A DNA stretch of 64,000 nucleotides from Microthyrium microscopicum (Eukaryota), in assembly GCA_010405405.1 (NCBI GenBank), contig MU004231.1:670153-734152 (forward strand), given 5' to 3'. The number at the start of each line of letters is the position of its first letter. Positions within the stretch are counted from its first letter, which is position 1. The notes beneath the pieces are model-generated. The model was given only the letters and a program-made list of their open reading frames with translations, searched no databases and was not told where the DNA came from. Both the position numbers and the translations under genes were made by a program. Shown here piece by piece: positions 26,524 through 39,365 of the stretch.

Positions 26524-29046
26524 TTATTCAACAACAGTCGGTTCCCTCGCCTCCAAATTGGCGGCTTGTTCCTCTTCCAGATCCTCCACGCTCTCCTCAT
26601 CATCCTCCCTCACTCCATTCCCATCAACCGAGCCATCAACCGACTCCTCCTCGCTACCACCATTCGAACCATCCCCCTCTACATCTGAGAGTTCCGCATC
26701 CGAAAAGCGACGGTACTCATTCCGTCTGCGCCTAGCCTTCTCGCCCTCACTAGCACTTTCATCAAAATCATCATCGTCGTAGAAAACTTGACTCTGCCGC
26801 GCCATCTCGACAATCAAGCTATCGCGCCGCGAGTGATCGGGCGAATAAAGTGGTTGTAAGCGCGTCGCAGCATTCGGCAGACTACTAGAACTTTGTGAAC
26901 GCGGGAGGTTGGTGCTGCTTCTAGAGAACCAGCTCTTCACACGGGATGTTAGGCCATTCGTAGGTGTTGACGGTAATGGTTTGTTGAGTGTTGGGTTAGT
27001 GGGCGTGGTCTGCGAATCGTCGGATGATGAGTTGGATTGTTGGTCGATGCGTCGCCTTAAGCCGTTGGAGGGGTTTTTGAGTAATGTTTGAATGTCGTCG
27101 TCGCTGAGGATGGAGGGTAGATTGGGTCGTTGTTTTGGGCGAGAGGATTTGCGGCCTTGTTCGATAATTTTCTCGAGGCGGAGGCGATTGCCGATGAACA
27201 GGAGTTTGGGCCAGGTGGATAGCTGGCCAGTGTGGAGCATGCGCGCAAGCCGGGTGGTGCTTGGGTCGCTGAGAATGTAGATGAAATCGCTAGGAATGGA
27301 TTTGGGCCAGATGGTGATGGTGCCGCTGAATCGTTGGAGCCATAATTGGGACCAGTCTTGGCCCATTGGGCGGGGGAGCAGTTCCAGGTGTTTGAGGACT
27401 TTGAGCCATTTGGTAAGGTCGAGTTTTAGGTATTGCTCAATGGCCGAACCGAGATATCCACCACGCCATCCACGGCCTCTTCGGTGAGTGACTGGGCGAC
27501 CGACCGTTCCGCGCGAAGAGAAGAAGAATAGGTTGATATGAGGGTTGACTTGGGAGACGATGGTAAAGTTGACATTGAAGTGTAAGTTGAGAGCTTTTAA
27601 GGGAATGTCGGTTCGAAGAGATCCATCTTTCCACTTATGACCAAAACTATATGGCTCCAATGTACCGTCGCGTTTCTTTCTCATGAGAACAATTGGATTC
27701 AGTATTCCGGGAACAGCTGCGCTAGCGAGCACGGCGGTCCAGATTACACAGTCTGGACTGGTGAGATAGTTGGCCAATATAGTTGGCGAGTGAGGGTCGG
27801 AGGGGACGCAGGAGATGTTCAGAATTCGGCCAGTTCGTTCGTACGCTTCCTTAAAGGTCATGCTTCCTCGAGTAAACCAACTGCAACGACGCGCCCAGTC
27901 TACACTGTCAAATCGTGCCCCAGTACGCCACCATCTCCTGAACCAAGTCCAGGTAGAATCGTGACAGGCGGAGATTTTGTGAGCAAGAGCCGGAACCAGT
28001 AGCTGCTTGAGCTCATCATCAGTACGCGTAGACAAGAGTGCAGCAACCAAAGCTCCTCCAGATGTTCCGGTGATAACTTGTGGTAGCAGATCAGCATCCA
28101 TCAATGCTTTTGCAACTCCAAAATGGTAGTAAGCAAAAGTGGCGCCACCACTGAGACATAGTGCTGTGCGGCCAAAGTTGGTTTGTATATGCTTCCACAT
28201 GTGGTGCTTTGTGTCCAATTCCAGCTGTTTTGTCTTTTCAAGAAAAGAGAGTGAAGTTTCTGCCTCATCCACAAAAGACTGTTGTAAGCCCTTGCATCCG
28301 TAGTATGTTTCTGAGTACAGACGTGGACTTTCAAAGCCAGCAAAGTTGTCCCGAATACTAGCTTCAGCCAAAGCGCGAAGCTCATCAACTGCTTTAACGC
28401 TTGACTCAGCGGTGAGACCCACCTTTTCGTCTGTCTCGGCTTCCTGACGATACACCCGCATATGATTTCGAACTTTTTTGATAGTCCTGCTGTCATAATA
28501 CGCATTATCCTCGGTTGTTTTCCAGCGGTCATTTCCCAGGTACGCGTCGAGTTTAGTCGCCGCTCGTACCCAATCTTGATATGTCATCTGCTCTCTCAGC
28601 GATCGACGCAGCACTTCTCTCCGGCCTCTCCATGTTATCCAATGTTCGTATGTAAAGATGTAAAGTCGAGTAAAGAGATAGGAAACCCCAAGGAATATTA
28701 TCCATCCGAGGACAGTTAGAAGAAATGGCCACTTAAGGACGTTGTAAAGGTAGCCTTCTCGAGTCTCGTCTCTACCACGAGTTGGCTTCTTCTTTCTTTT
28801 CCGGACTCTTTGACGCACAGGACGCCAGTCGTTAAGAGCGGTCACAAATGTACCTCTAGACACGGGTGTAAGAGCCGTCAAGTCATCTTGTGATGGTGAT
28901 GGTTCGGGAGCGGAGAGCGCGTTGGCGAAGGCTGCAATGTCTTCTTCCGGGGTGAAGGCGTTATCCCAGTCTGGAAGAGATGTAATGTCGTAATGATCAG
29001 GATCGGTGGGAGGAGGACCGTCGGTTTCCTTTGAAATGTCCGCCAT
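26524..29046 (-). CDS. Patatin-like phospholipase / triacylglycerol lipase (DUF3336 + patatin, TGL-like)
   Basis: LCLSGGA oxyanion loop, GTSGG nucleophile, ASAAVPG and WKDGS catalytic Asp. N-terminal TM segment. Single 840-aa ORF. Confidence 0.92.
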   Translation of the reverse strand: MADISKETDGPPPTDPDHYDITSLPDWDNAFTPEEDIAAFANALSAPEPSPSQDDLTALTPVSRGTFVTALNDWRPVRQRVRKRKKKPTRGRDETREGYLYNVLKWPFLLTVLGWIIFLGVSYLFTRLYIFTYEHWITWRGRREVLRRSLREQMTYQDWVRAATKLDAYLGNDRWKTTEDNAYYDSRTIKKVRNHMRVYRQEAETDEKVGLTAESSVKAVDELRALAEASIRDNFAGFESPRLYSETYYGCKGLQQSFVDEAETSLSFLEKTKQLELDTKHHMWKHIQTNFGRTALCLSGGATFAYYHFGVAKALMDADLLPQVITGTSGGALVAALLSTRTDDELKQLLVPALAHKISACHDSTWTWFRRWWRTGARFDSVDWARRCSWFTRGSMTFKEAYERTGRILNISCVPSDPHSPTILANYLTSPDCVIWTAVLASAAVPGILNPIVLMRKKRDGTLEPYSFGHKWKDGSLRTDIPLKALNLHFNVNFTIVSQVNPHINLFFFSSRGTVGRPVTHRRGRGWRGGYLGSAIEQYLKLDLTKWLKVLKHLELLPRPMGQDWSQLWLQRFSGTITIWPKSIPSDFIYILSDPSTTRLARMLHTGQLSTWPKLLFIGNRLRLEKIIEQGRKSSRPKQRPNLPSILSDDDIQTLLKNPSNGLRRRIDQQSNSSSDDSQTTPTNPTLNKPLPSTPTNGLTSRVKSWFSRSSTNLPRSQSSSSLPNAATRLQPLYSPDHSRRDSLIVEMARQSQVFYDDDDFDESASEGEKARRRRNEYRRFSDAELSDVEGDGSNGGSEEESVDGSVDGNGVREDDEESVEDLEEEQAANLEAREPTVVE

Positions 29047-30877
29047 GGCTCACCGTCATTCTTCAAGACGCGATGGTGTATGGTAGGAGGCGAAAGGGTA
29101 GAGCACAGAGGATGGATAGGTCAAACGTGGATTGGATTGTTTTGAGAGACCATAATAGAGAGAAAGGTATTAGTTGTAGTAGTAGGTAAGGAGACACCGG
29201 GCGGATGGTTCGAGGGAGGTGTTGGTGTACCATTCATGTGATCCGATCGGATGGTTCACTGGTACTTCCGCATTTTTGCGATTCGCGCCTGTGACGTCGG
29301 TCCACGTGGAGAGACCTAACCCTGCTACCTCCTACCATCGCCTAGAATTCACTTCTACTCTTTTTCATATCGTAACATATTTCAATAGTGGTTCTGAAGA
29401 GTGAGCAAAGTCGACTTCAAACTCGAAAAAGATCTCGAGGTATATGGGTACGATCTGGAGATGTGGTGCCGGGTTACTCCTGTTCCATCTACAATATGTC
29501 GCGGTTTGCATGTGATAGAAGAGAATAGCTTGAAGACTGAAGTGTTGTAGCGGTACAATGTATTCTTAACTTCATTGTTTTCAAGTATGTTATTTCAACT
29601 GAGAGACTATAATAAACGACACATCCTTGGGAGAAACATCGCTAATAATTCTTTCATTGAATTCATGATTCTCCTGGTTCAAGTTCCACATATTCTCGGA
29701 ATGTGGTTTTTTACTCGGAATGTGGAAATGATTCATGGACATCAGAGAAATAGAGGCTCTACATGCTAAACTTGATGCAAAGAAAGTATACCACTAGCAT
29801 GTGAGGTACAAAACCTGATTTGAAAAATAGAACCCTTTACTGTGGTCTCATATTCAAGGCCAGTTTGCGCCCGACAAGTTTGAATCGATACACGCGGAAA
29901 CTAAAACCCAATCACAGTCATTTGCGTTTCATAAACATGTTGGGAGACCAAAGATCACACAATCCAAGATCGTGATCTAGTATTTTCTTTTCGTAAACCC
30001 CGTTTTCTTTTGGTCAAGTCTCATATTTGGCCTCACATTGGAACAATTGGATGTGTACCTGGCAGAAATCAGTGAAGTGTAAGGGGTTGTAGCCTTGTAG
30101 GCCCCTATGTGGAGCAAGAGAATTTATGGCTGGGATAATTAGCCAACAACTTATGTATGATAGTAGTTATTGTTCAGCTATCTCACAATTGAGGACAGTC
30201 AATCCTACTCTAGCTGCAGGTAGTAGCAATATTGAATGATAATATAAGAGGCGTCCCGAGTAGGAGCCTGTAATAATCCAGTCAGCTGTACAAGCATTGA
30301 AAGAAAGACGTGAGATTTTGGACCCCATTTAGTGATTCAACGCCTTTGCAGTGAATTTCAGACTGGCCTGACAAAAGAGGCCAAACTTGAAACGCGAGCT
30401 GGGTTGTTGACAGCAAATCATAAAGCGGCTCAACGGTTATACCCGCCTATTCCTAGTGTTTCTTAAGGAGCTGGAGCTGCATGGCGGCCTCAGTGGTCTA
30501 GCTGCCGTTCATTTTTGGGAGCTTTCCCCCTGACATATGCGCCCCATACTCCTGTAATTGGTGCGCTCGCCACGGACCCCAAGGATTCTTTGTCTTGAAT
30601 CATCTCCATTCAACCTCTTGGCTATCCCAATTTGTACGGGAGTGGCAGCGCCTCTCGTGTTGGCATTCGTGGCATTGCATTGCATTGCAAACGCCATGAG
30701 GCAATCCTGGAAGAAGAGTGAGACCGAAATTCCTCCTCGTCCATCGCTACTCCCCTGTTCAGTGTTGTTTCCTTTCTCCCCACAATCAGAATTTCCTACT
30801 TAAACTCTCTCTGAAAACTTTCCGTAACACACTCATTTTGTGCTATTTTCTTCATTACCACTTTCGTTATATCCACC

Positions 30878-32417
30878 ATGGGCGAAGAAGGATCCCACAT
30901 GGATATTGCTCCACCAAAGGCTACTCTGGGTGCTGAGCGCTCTGCAAGTGTCACAACCAGCACCGCCAATGGCTCCGAAATACAGCCAGAAACCATCGAC
31001 TATGCACCGATGGAAGAACGGAACATCAAGCATCCCTTCAGTCGTGCTCAGACTTCAATTGAGCTTACTGACTACTTTGTAAATGCATCCGTTTGCTCGC
31101 GTGACCATTCCATATCTGACTTCGACAGGTTGGTCCAAGAAATATGGACAAGCATTCCAAATGGCCAATATTTCTGCGAATGCATGGTTCCATCTTGCCC
31201 GAAATGCTGCTTCCTCTGATCTCTGTGGCAGCCTGGTCCACTGCCATTCGTTGCATTTCCCAATTTGTGCATCCACTAGGCGTGAACAACGTCCTCCTTA
31301 CAGTTCTTGGTTTCGTTGTTGGTTTGGGCCTGAGTTTCCGCTCCTCCACTGCGTACGAGCGCTACAATGAAGGCCGAAAGTACTGGTCCCAAGTCTCGTT
31401 GGCGTCTCAAAACCTTGCCCGTGTAATCTGGGTCCATGGAATTGAGCGTCCAGAATCTGCAAAAGAAGACCTGCTCTCTAAGATTACCGGCATGAACCTG
31501 ATTGTAGCATTCAGCGTTGCTTTGAAACACAAGCTTCGATTTGAACCATACCTATCAGAGGAGCTCAAAGGCTTTGCAGGCCATCTCGACACCTATGCCC
31601 GCGAAGCTACCAACGCAGACTCGCCTACCCACAAGCGATCAAGCACCATGAAAGCCGTCGGTGAATATCTGGGTCTCTCATTCGCAGAGTCCAACCCCAT
31701 GAAGCTTCTCAAGCGCAGCGACAAGCCCCTTGGCAACCTCCCTCTCGAGATTCTCAGCTATCTCGGCGCCTACATTGACGAAATGGTTGCCGAAAAGCAA
31801 CTCACCGTCCCCATGCAACAAACTCTGGCCTGTAAGTTCTCCCCTTCGCGTTATCCACCACCTAGACTAACATATACCCAGACAACAACATCTCCTCCCT
31901 CAACGACGCGTTGACCGGTTGTGAACGCATCCTGCACACCCCCCTGCCAATAGCCTACTCCATCGCCATCGCCCAGATCACCTGGGTCTACATAATCGTC
32001 CTGCCCTTCCAGCTCGAACTCACCTTGAAGTGGGTCATGATCCCCGCCTCTGTAATCGCCGCCTACATCATTCTCGGTATCCTCCTAATCGGCCGCGAAA
32101 TTGAGAACCCATTCGGCCACGACGTGAACGATTTGCCATTAGACGCCTTCTGTCTGCAAATCGCTTCTGACGTGGATATAATTGCGAGCCGCAAAAAGCC
32201 AAGTATCAAGGATTTGGTTACTGATGTTAACAACAAGTTGTTGTTCCCATTGAGCAATGTTGGGTATGGTGCATGGGCGCAGAGAAGTGAGCGGGTGATT
32301 CGGGAAGAGTTGAGGTTCAAGGCGGAGATGACAATGCATGCGAAGGGCAGCAATAAGGCGGAGGTCAAGCATGTCGAGGTGAAGGAGATGGAGAAGGTGG
32401 GGATGAGCTCGGTCTGA
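30878..32417 (+). CDS. Bestrophin / UPF0187 (RFP-TM) anion channel-like membrane protein, 3 exons
   Basis: GLGLSFRSSTAYERYNEGRKYW, CERILHTPLPIAY and GREIENPFGHDVNDLPLDAFC. Introns 31079-31128 and ~31832-31881. Confidence 0.9.
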
Positions 32418-33002
32418 AAGGCTGACTTGAAAGGCAGATATTTTGGTGGATTTGGTGAACTTGTATTCTCATAGCGTCGGAGTCCAGCGAGCCTAGGCTT
32501 CGTTAAAAGTGCATTCTGAAATTGTATAACATTGATCAATGAAATGGCGACTCGTCATTCGGCAACAATATCGCGGTGTGTTCCTTTGGTAAATTGCGTT
32601 CAAAGAAAGCATCGTGAGATCGAGTATGGAATTGCTCAGTGTGGTTATGAATAGGTACTATCGCTTTGATGTACGTCTGAATAGCTGATGTCGAATCTGG
32701 AGGCTTTTGTCGCGCTATATTCGCGGCCTATTCAAGTCAGTCCAAACATCTCCTGAGAAGACAAACTCAAGAACCAGCCACATCGGATCTCAAAGCAATG
32801 CGAGCTTTTCGAGCGCGAGAATACTCCCATCTAGTCTCTGTCTTCAAGTCCATATTAATAAATCAGCAACCTTACTCCATTATTAGCATTCGAAATATGT
32901 TCATTTCCTACGCATCCGCACTACGCGATAATATGAGTACAAATCCATCAATCCTCTGCACCGCCCTCCCCCATCGCGCTCCTTATTTTTTCCCTTCCTT
33001 AT

Positions 33003-33491
33003 TTAGTGAGCAGCAGCTGGCTCTTCCTCGTCCTCCACAAACCAGTTCTCCTCAGCAGCTGGTGCTCCATCAGCCGCGTTTCCTTCAATGTCTGGTTGTT
33101 GCGACTCATAGGCAGAGAGTTCGCTTGAAATGTTGCTCTCCTCGGGGCTGGTTGGTGCCTTTGGCAGGGCAAACTTTTGAACGTGGCCTTCCGAGTCGTT
33201 GGCTTTGAGGGGGGTTGGCTTGTAGCCTTGGAGTTCCTTGAGGTACATTTGTTGGACGAGGTCGGCTATGGCACCAGTTAGTCAAGCGGAACGGTGTGTT
33301 GTATTTGGTTGTGGTGTATTACCGGATCGGACAGCGGATGGGGCAAATAGAGTTCGGCGGGTGGTGATTGTGACGGATTGACGAGTGATGTTGGCGATTA
33401 TGGGCCGCTGAAAGGTATGATTAGCGGGCTCAATTGCGGGTTTTCAAAGTGAATAAGGACTTACGATGGCCTGTGTATATCGTGCCGCCAT
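33003..33491 (-). CDS. ATP14: Mitochondrial ATP synthase subunit h, 3 exons
   Basis: MAARYTQAI| targeting peptide split by two introns, then DLVQQMYLKELQGYKPTPLKANDSEGHVQKF...NWFVEDEEE. Confidence 0.88.
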
Positions 33492-33635
33492 TTTTGGAGG
33501 ATGTGAGGAGGGGAGTAGGGGGGATTGAGTTGGAGAGGAGGAGAGTTGTGGTGGTGCAAGATTTGATGATGCTATGAAGTTCGTTCGGTAAAAGCTAAAA
33601 GCTGCAGTAGCAATTGAAGCTCTGCCGAGAGATGG

Positions 33636-33675
33636 TTCCGCCAGCTTCCGCCAGCTTCCGCTTGGCTCCGCCATG
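33636..33675. repeat. Four 10-bp units (YTCCGC core) in the ATP14 / M28-peptidase divergent intergenic region
   Basis: ttccgccagc ttccgccagc ttccgcttgg ctccgccatg. Confidence 0.75.
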
Positions 33676-34217
33676 GTTCTATCTTGGCGTGAATCTGATT
33701 ATTGGTAGCCGGAAATGCGACCAGATTAAACCCTGTAAGGGCTGCCGGTTGATTCAACTCCTAATGTAATCAAACTGCGAGAGGGAGCTGACATCTATCA
33801 ATTGTCCTCTCTTCTTATATCCGCTGTACTTCTCTTCTCCATCTATACTATTAGAACTTCTTACCCTCCTTCTCTTCAATTGCATCCACCATTCTATACT
33901 GTCTATCTATTCATCCTTCTCCGCATCAACTGGAGCAGGACTCCCGCGAACGGCCGACATACCTCTAATTCAATCTGTATCGCATTCGAAACACATACTA
34001 CCAACCTTGCCGCACCTTCTTGGAACATTCCCTCTGGACACAATACCTTCATACATTGGCCAACTGGCCATCTCCTAGTCTTTCCACTGCATTGCCGGAT
34101 AATTCCTAGCCATGGATAGCAATCTCTCACTACCTACCCCGAGCTGACCACACCGTTTCTTGTTGTGAATACTGTACATTATTACTTCGATTAGCGCACA
34201 TCCCCTATCCTGCTACC

Positions 34218-36943
34218 ATGGCTCCGACGGAAACTTCCTTCTACCGATCACGCTCCCCTCCCATACCTACATACGACGAAGCCACATCATCGAATCCACT
34301 TCTAGGCGAGCATACCAGCTTAGCCGGTTCCAGTCGTCATGCTGGCTACCAACCGCCCACGGCACAATCAGTTCGGAGCAGTGAGGACAGCCTTGTACAA
34401 TTCCGCCGTGACTCGGAAGATTCATTAACTTCACTGGAGAGTGGTACTGACTCTAATTCTCAAGGGCTCCGACGGGATCTCGAGGACCTGGACTACCAAG
34501 ACGGCGATCTCGAACTAGAAGAGCTAGGAGATGGCACCACACGGCGGCGCAGAAGACTGGATTCAAGGTGGAAAGGACGGTTATTCGATTTACGGAAAAG
34601 AGTGGGCAAGTGGAAACAATTTTGGTCGTTCCGGACGCCGCGCTGGCTGGCTGCTGGTGCTACACGGTGGCAATGTCCCTCTGTCCCAGAGGAATGGCGG
34701 AGTGGTGGTTCGGTTATAGGTAGACTGGTCGGTCTCTTCATCTTGATAGGGGCCGGATATGCCCTATTCGCCTTGGCCATATTCCCGGCGGCACAACAAG
34801 AATTAGCATCACTATTCGATGCGGAAAGCGTGCGCGGAATTGCACAGGAGTCGGTGAGCTCAGATCGCATTCGAACATATCTTCAACATATTACGAGCTT
34901 TGATCATGTGGCGGGTACAAAAGGTTCCTTCTACCTGGCTGAATGGGTCAAGGATCTTTTCGTGACGGCAGGACTGGATGAAGTGAAGCTTAATGAATAC
35001 GACGTGTATCTTAATTATCCACGAAAAGGCGGGCGGAAAGTCGCAATACTGGACCCTCCGGAGCTCAAATGGGAGGCCGAACTGGAGGAGGATCCGGTCT
35101 ACCCGGAAGGTGATGCAGGAAAATCTAATACTCTGGTCTTCCATGGTCATTCAAGAAACGGAACCGTACAAGGGCCATTGATATATTTCAATTATGGTTC
35201 TCGGGCCGATTACAAGTCTGTCTGTCTTGATAGTGGTATCAATTGTAAAGGCGCAGTGGGTCTCGTCCGTTATGGTGGAACACAAGGCGACCGGGCACTA
35301 AAAGTCAAGGCGGCAGAGGATTGGGGAATCAAAGGCGTGTTGATATACTCGGATCCAGCAGACGACGGTTTCAAGAAGGGAAAGACTTGGCCTGATGGAC
35401 CTGGGCGTCCGGCTGATGGCGTACAGAGAGGAGCAGTGTCACTCATGAGTTGGGTGATAGGTGACGTTCTTACTCCAAATTTCCCAAGTATACCCGGCCA
35501 GAAGCGGATTAGTAAAGATAACAACCCAGGTCTGGTCAACATTCCAAGTTTACCTCTTGCCTGGAGAGATGCGCAAAAGCTACTTCAGTCTTTAAAAGGA
35601 CATGGACAAAAACTACCAGGAGAGTGGCAAGGAGCCGTTCCGGACGTCGAGTGGTGGTCTGGAGATGACAAGTCACCTACAGTTCTACTTCAAAATGAGC
35701 AAGATGAAGTAGAGCAGCAAAGGATATTTAACGTTCTGGGCAAGATTACGGGAATGGAGCAATCAGCCAAAGCTATCATTGTAGGCAACCATCGCGACTC
35801 TTGGTGCTTTGGAGCAGCCGACCCGTGAGTGTTTTCTGTGGTGCTTCTTGACTCGACTAATGGTTTTGCAGAGGAAGTGGCACAGCTGTGATGCTTGAAG
35901 TCATGGGTATCCTGGGAAGGTTAAAGAGTCAAGGCTGGCGACCACTTCGATCAATTATCTTTGCTTCTTGGGATGCTGAAGAATACAACATGATTGGTAG
36001 TACAGAATGGGTGGAAGAGCATATTGATCAGCTACGAGGAAACGGCGTTGCCTATCTCAATGTCGACGTTGCTGTATCAGGAGACAAGTTCGAGGCCCAG
36101 GCATCCCCACTCTTCAAACGAGCCGTACTACGCGTACTATCACGAGTCTCAGATCCTGTACGAAACAAGACCTTTGGTACGATCTGGAAAGAAGATCACA
36201 GCGCTCTCACAGGGCTCGGAGCAGGCAGCGATTACGTCGCCTTTCAGGATCTCGCTGGAGTCTCCAGTCTCGACTTTGGCTTTTCTGGCTCCCAATTCCC
36301 ATACCATAGTTGCTACGAGACCTTTGAGTGGATGGAAAAGTTCATTGACCCCGGCTTCAAATACCACAAAGCGCTTGCAGAAATCTGGGTCCTTCTCATC
36401 CTTGAATTCTCCCAAGAACTTCTCCTCCCTTTCTCCATGCTCGACTATGCCTCCGCACTCTCCAAATACGTCAAAGACCTACAAACTTACTCTGAAAAGA
36501 ACGGCGCCCCCATGCCCGATGAAAAGGGCAATGGTGGTTTCGACCTCCAGCCCATCGCCAAGGCAATCAAAGTCCTGAAGCAAAACGCACACGAGCTTGA
36601 AGACTGGGAAAACTGGTGGTTTGGCCAAGTTTTCGGCTCAGGCGGACTAGAAACCACCGCGCTTGCTCAACAGCGCAGAGACCATAATAATCGACTATCT
36701 AATTTCGAAACAGACCTACTCGATATCCCACGAGACAATAACAAGGGCCCACATGGCATTCCAGGGCGCGATCAATTCAAGCATGTGGTATTTGGGCCGG
36801 AGCTATGGAGTGGCTATGATGAGTCGAATTTCCCGTTCATAAGGGATGCAATTGATGCCAGTAATTGGACGCTTGCACAGGAGCAGGTGGAGAAAACGGC
36901 GCGGATCATTGCATCTGCGAGCGAAAAGCTATGGCCAAAGTAA
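34218..36943 (+). CDS. M28B glutamate carboxypeptidase II / transferrin-receptor-like type II membrane protein (Tre/Vps70 family)
   Basis: N-terminal PPIPTY motif, single TM, PA domain (GVLIYSDP, VQRGAV), GNHRDSW, GAADP|GSGTA, WDAEE, YLNVD, YHSCY and a TfR dimerisation-type C-terminus. Intron 35826-35871. Confidence 0.9.
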
Positions 36944-37442
36944 TATTTCGGCAATGTGTATATGGATGGGCGATTTTCTTGTGTAAAGTATTTCATGTTG
37001 CGCTCTTGAGAGGAGGTACTCGAGCATTGGCGTTCTGTTGGTTGCGATGCGAAGCTCGCATTGCTGAGATTTGGACCACTACAAGTGGTTGCGTCCATAG
37101 CGCTTTAGAAGTTGTCGAATTTAATCGTCACATGCTACTTTACTCCTTGATGCCGATTGAAATCTGTTAAAGACATTGATCTGTCTGATGTACTCCAAAT
37201 GTTGAAATGTCACGATATAAGCGCACGTGCCATTGTTGATCTCCAGTTGTCGATTCAACTTCATTCTCTCTGTACTTTACCCCACGAGATCAAAACATTC
37301 CGCGACCAACCTTTCCACGTCGTTTCTGTCACCTGTGTACAGGAAACACCGAAAAGAATGATACAATAGCTATCGAACCGGCAAGCGCATGCGCTGACCT
37401 CTATCAACGCTGGATCCCGAACTCGAACTGACCAACCCGCAC

Positions 37443-39119
37443 ATGCCTCGAGACAATGCGGCCGAGAATGCTCCAGCACTCGGTCGAGGAACCCCAACAA
37501 CCCACGGGGACACCGCCAACGAGACTCAAGGCCTTCTTCAAGATTCCCGCAGCTCCTCCGAGCATGCATACCCAGAGCACGTACATGAATCAACACCAGT
37601 TCTCTTCGTTTGGGCGTTGACCGCAACCGCCGCTTTAAGTGGTCTTCTATTTGGCTATGAGTACATACACTCATCCTCATTCTTTCTTTTGACATGCTAA
37701 TGGAACTCTACAGCACCGGCGTAATATCCTCCGCCCTCGTCTCGATCCGTTCCTCGCTCGGACATCCCCTCACAACTCTCGACAAATCTCTCATCACGTC
37801 CATAACCTCTTTCGCCGCACTCCTTGCCTCCCCGCTCGCTGGTCTCTGTGCCGATGCCTTTGGCCGCAAACCCGTCATTCTGCTTTCCGATGTACTCTTC
37901 ATAGCCGGCGCCCTGCTACAAGCTTTTGCGCCCAGCGTTTCCACGCTCATTGCTGGTCGTGCCATCGTTGGTTTAGGGATTGGCGCAGCTAGCGCGTTGA
38001 CACCGTTGTATATTGCGGAAACTGCGCCGGCGCATTGGCGTGGTAGATTGATTACGGTGAGCACGTTGTTGATCACGAGCGGGCAGGTGGTGGCGTATGT
38101 GATTGGATGGGCGTTGGCGGATATGGGGAGTGGGTGGAGATGGATGGTCGGGCTGGGGGCTTTACCGGCGGTCTTGCAAGTCGTTGGTTTGATACGCATG
38201 CCGGAGACGCCGAGATGGTTAGTTAAGGCGGACAGGCCAGAGCAGGCGTTGGAGGTGCTGAAAAGGATATATGGTGGAGATGAGGATATGGCAAGGGAGT
38301 TGGTCAAAGGGATGGAGAGAGAGATTGAAGAGGAGGGTGGGAAGGATGGAGTCGGTTGGATGAGGAAGTTGAGGATGGTTTTGAGGGATCTTTGGACGGT
38401 GCCGGTTAATCGCAAGGCGCTGACTGTTGCTTGTATGCTACAGGGATCGCAGCAATTGTGCGGATTCGTAAGTTGTGTATCATTTGGGTGTTTTCTCGAA
38501 AGCTAATGGTTTTTAGAACAGCTTGATGTATTTCTCGGCCACCATCTTCGCCATGACCGGTTTCAAGTCTCCAAGCGGAACTGCGATCCTTATTGCAGGC
38601 TGCAACTTCATATTCACACTCATCGCATTCTCGGCAATTGATCGAATAGGTCGCCGTCGCATACTCCTGATTTCCATCCCCTGGATGAGCACCGGCTTGC
38701 TCGTTAGCGCTTTCGCCTTTACCCAAGTCAAGCTCTTGCCCAACAGCGTTCAAGCACATCAAAATTCCGACGCAGCTGCTCCACCCTGGGCATCAGCGTT
38801 GCTTGTATCGTCATTACTGGTATTTGTCGCTGCTTATGCTCTAGGTCTGGGCAATGTGCCATGGCAGCAATCAGAACTCTTTGGTTTACGTGTACGTGCC
38901 ATTGGGTCTGCACTCGCTACTGCTACGAACTGGGCTTGCAATGCTTTAGTAGGGATAACATTTCTACCTATGATGGAACTCATATCGCCTGCTGGGGCTA
39001 TGGCTGTATATGCATCAGTCTGTGGCGTGGTATGGGTTGCATGCTGGCTTATTTACCCTGAAAGAATGGGAGTTGGCCTTGAGGATGTTGGTCAAAGTGA
39101 TCATGCAGATTATAGATAG
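37443..39119 (+). CDS. MFS sugar porter, myo-inositol transporter-like, 3 exons
   Basis: GLLFGY|xTGVIS, DAFGRK, PLYIAETAP..RG, PETPRWL, QQLCGF|NSLMYFS, IDRIGRR and QSELF. Introns ~37660-37713 and ~38468-38516. Confidence 0.88.
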
Positions 39120-39365
39120 CACCTCAATAATATAATATGTATATTTAGTCTTAATAATGACTTCGGATAAGTACACGTGGTGAGTTTACCAGAGGCATTC
39201 CTACAATCGAATTTGAGACAAGGCTGGCCTCAAGGCTGAAGAAGCGCACCCCTGTCGGATCTCAAGTCTTGGCATCCATAACTTTTCTCAACTCCCAGTC
39301 TCCCGTCGCAAACATGCAGTCAATCCATTGATTGAACTCACAACTGCTCGATCAACGACTCAATC

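Noticed and set aside
37708..38415. 235-aa antisense ORF over the MFS gene, and similar shadow ORFs over URA5, SKI2 and MRPL9
   Set aside because: Mirror frames of real genes, explained by codon bias; no independent motifs.
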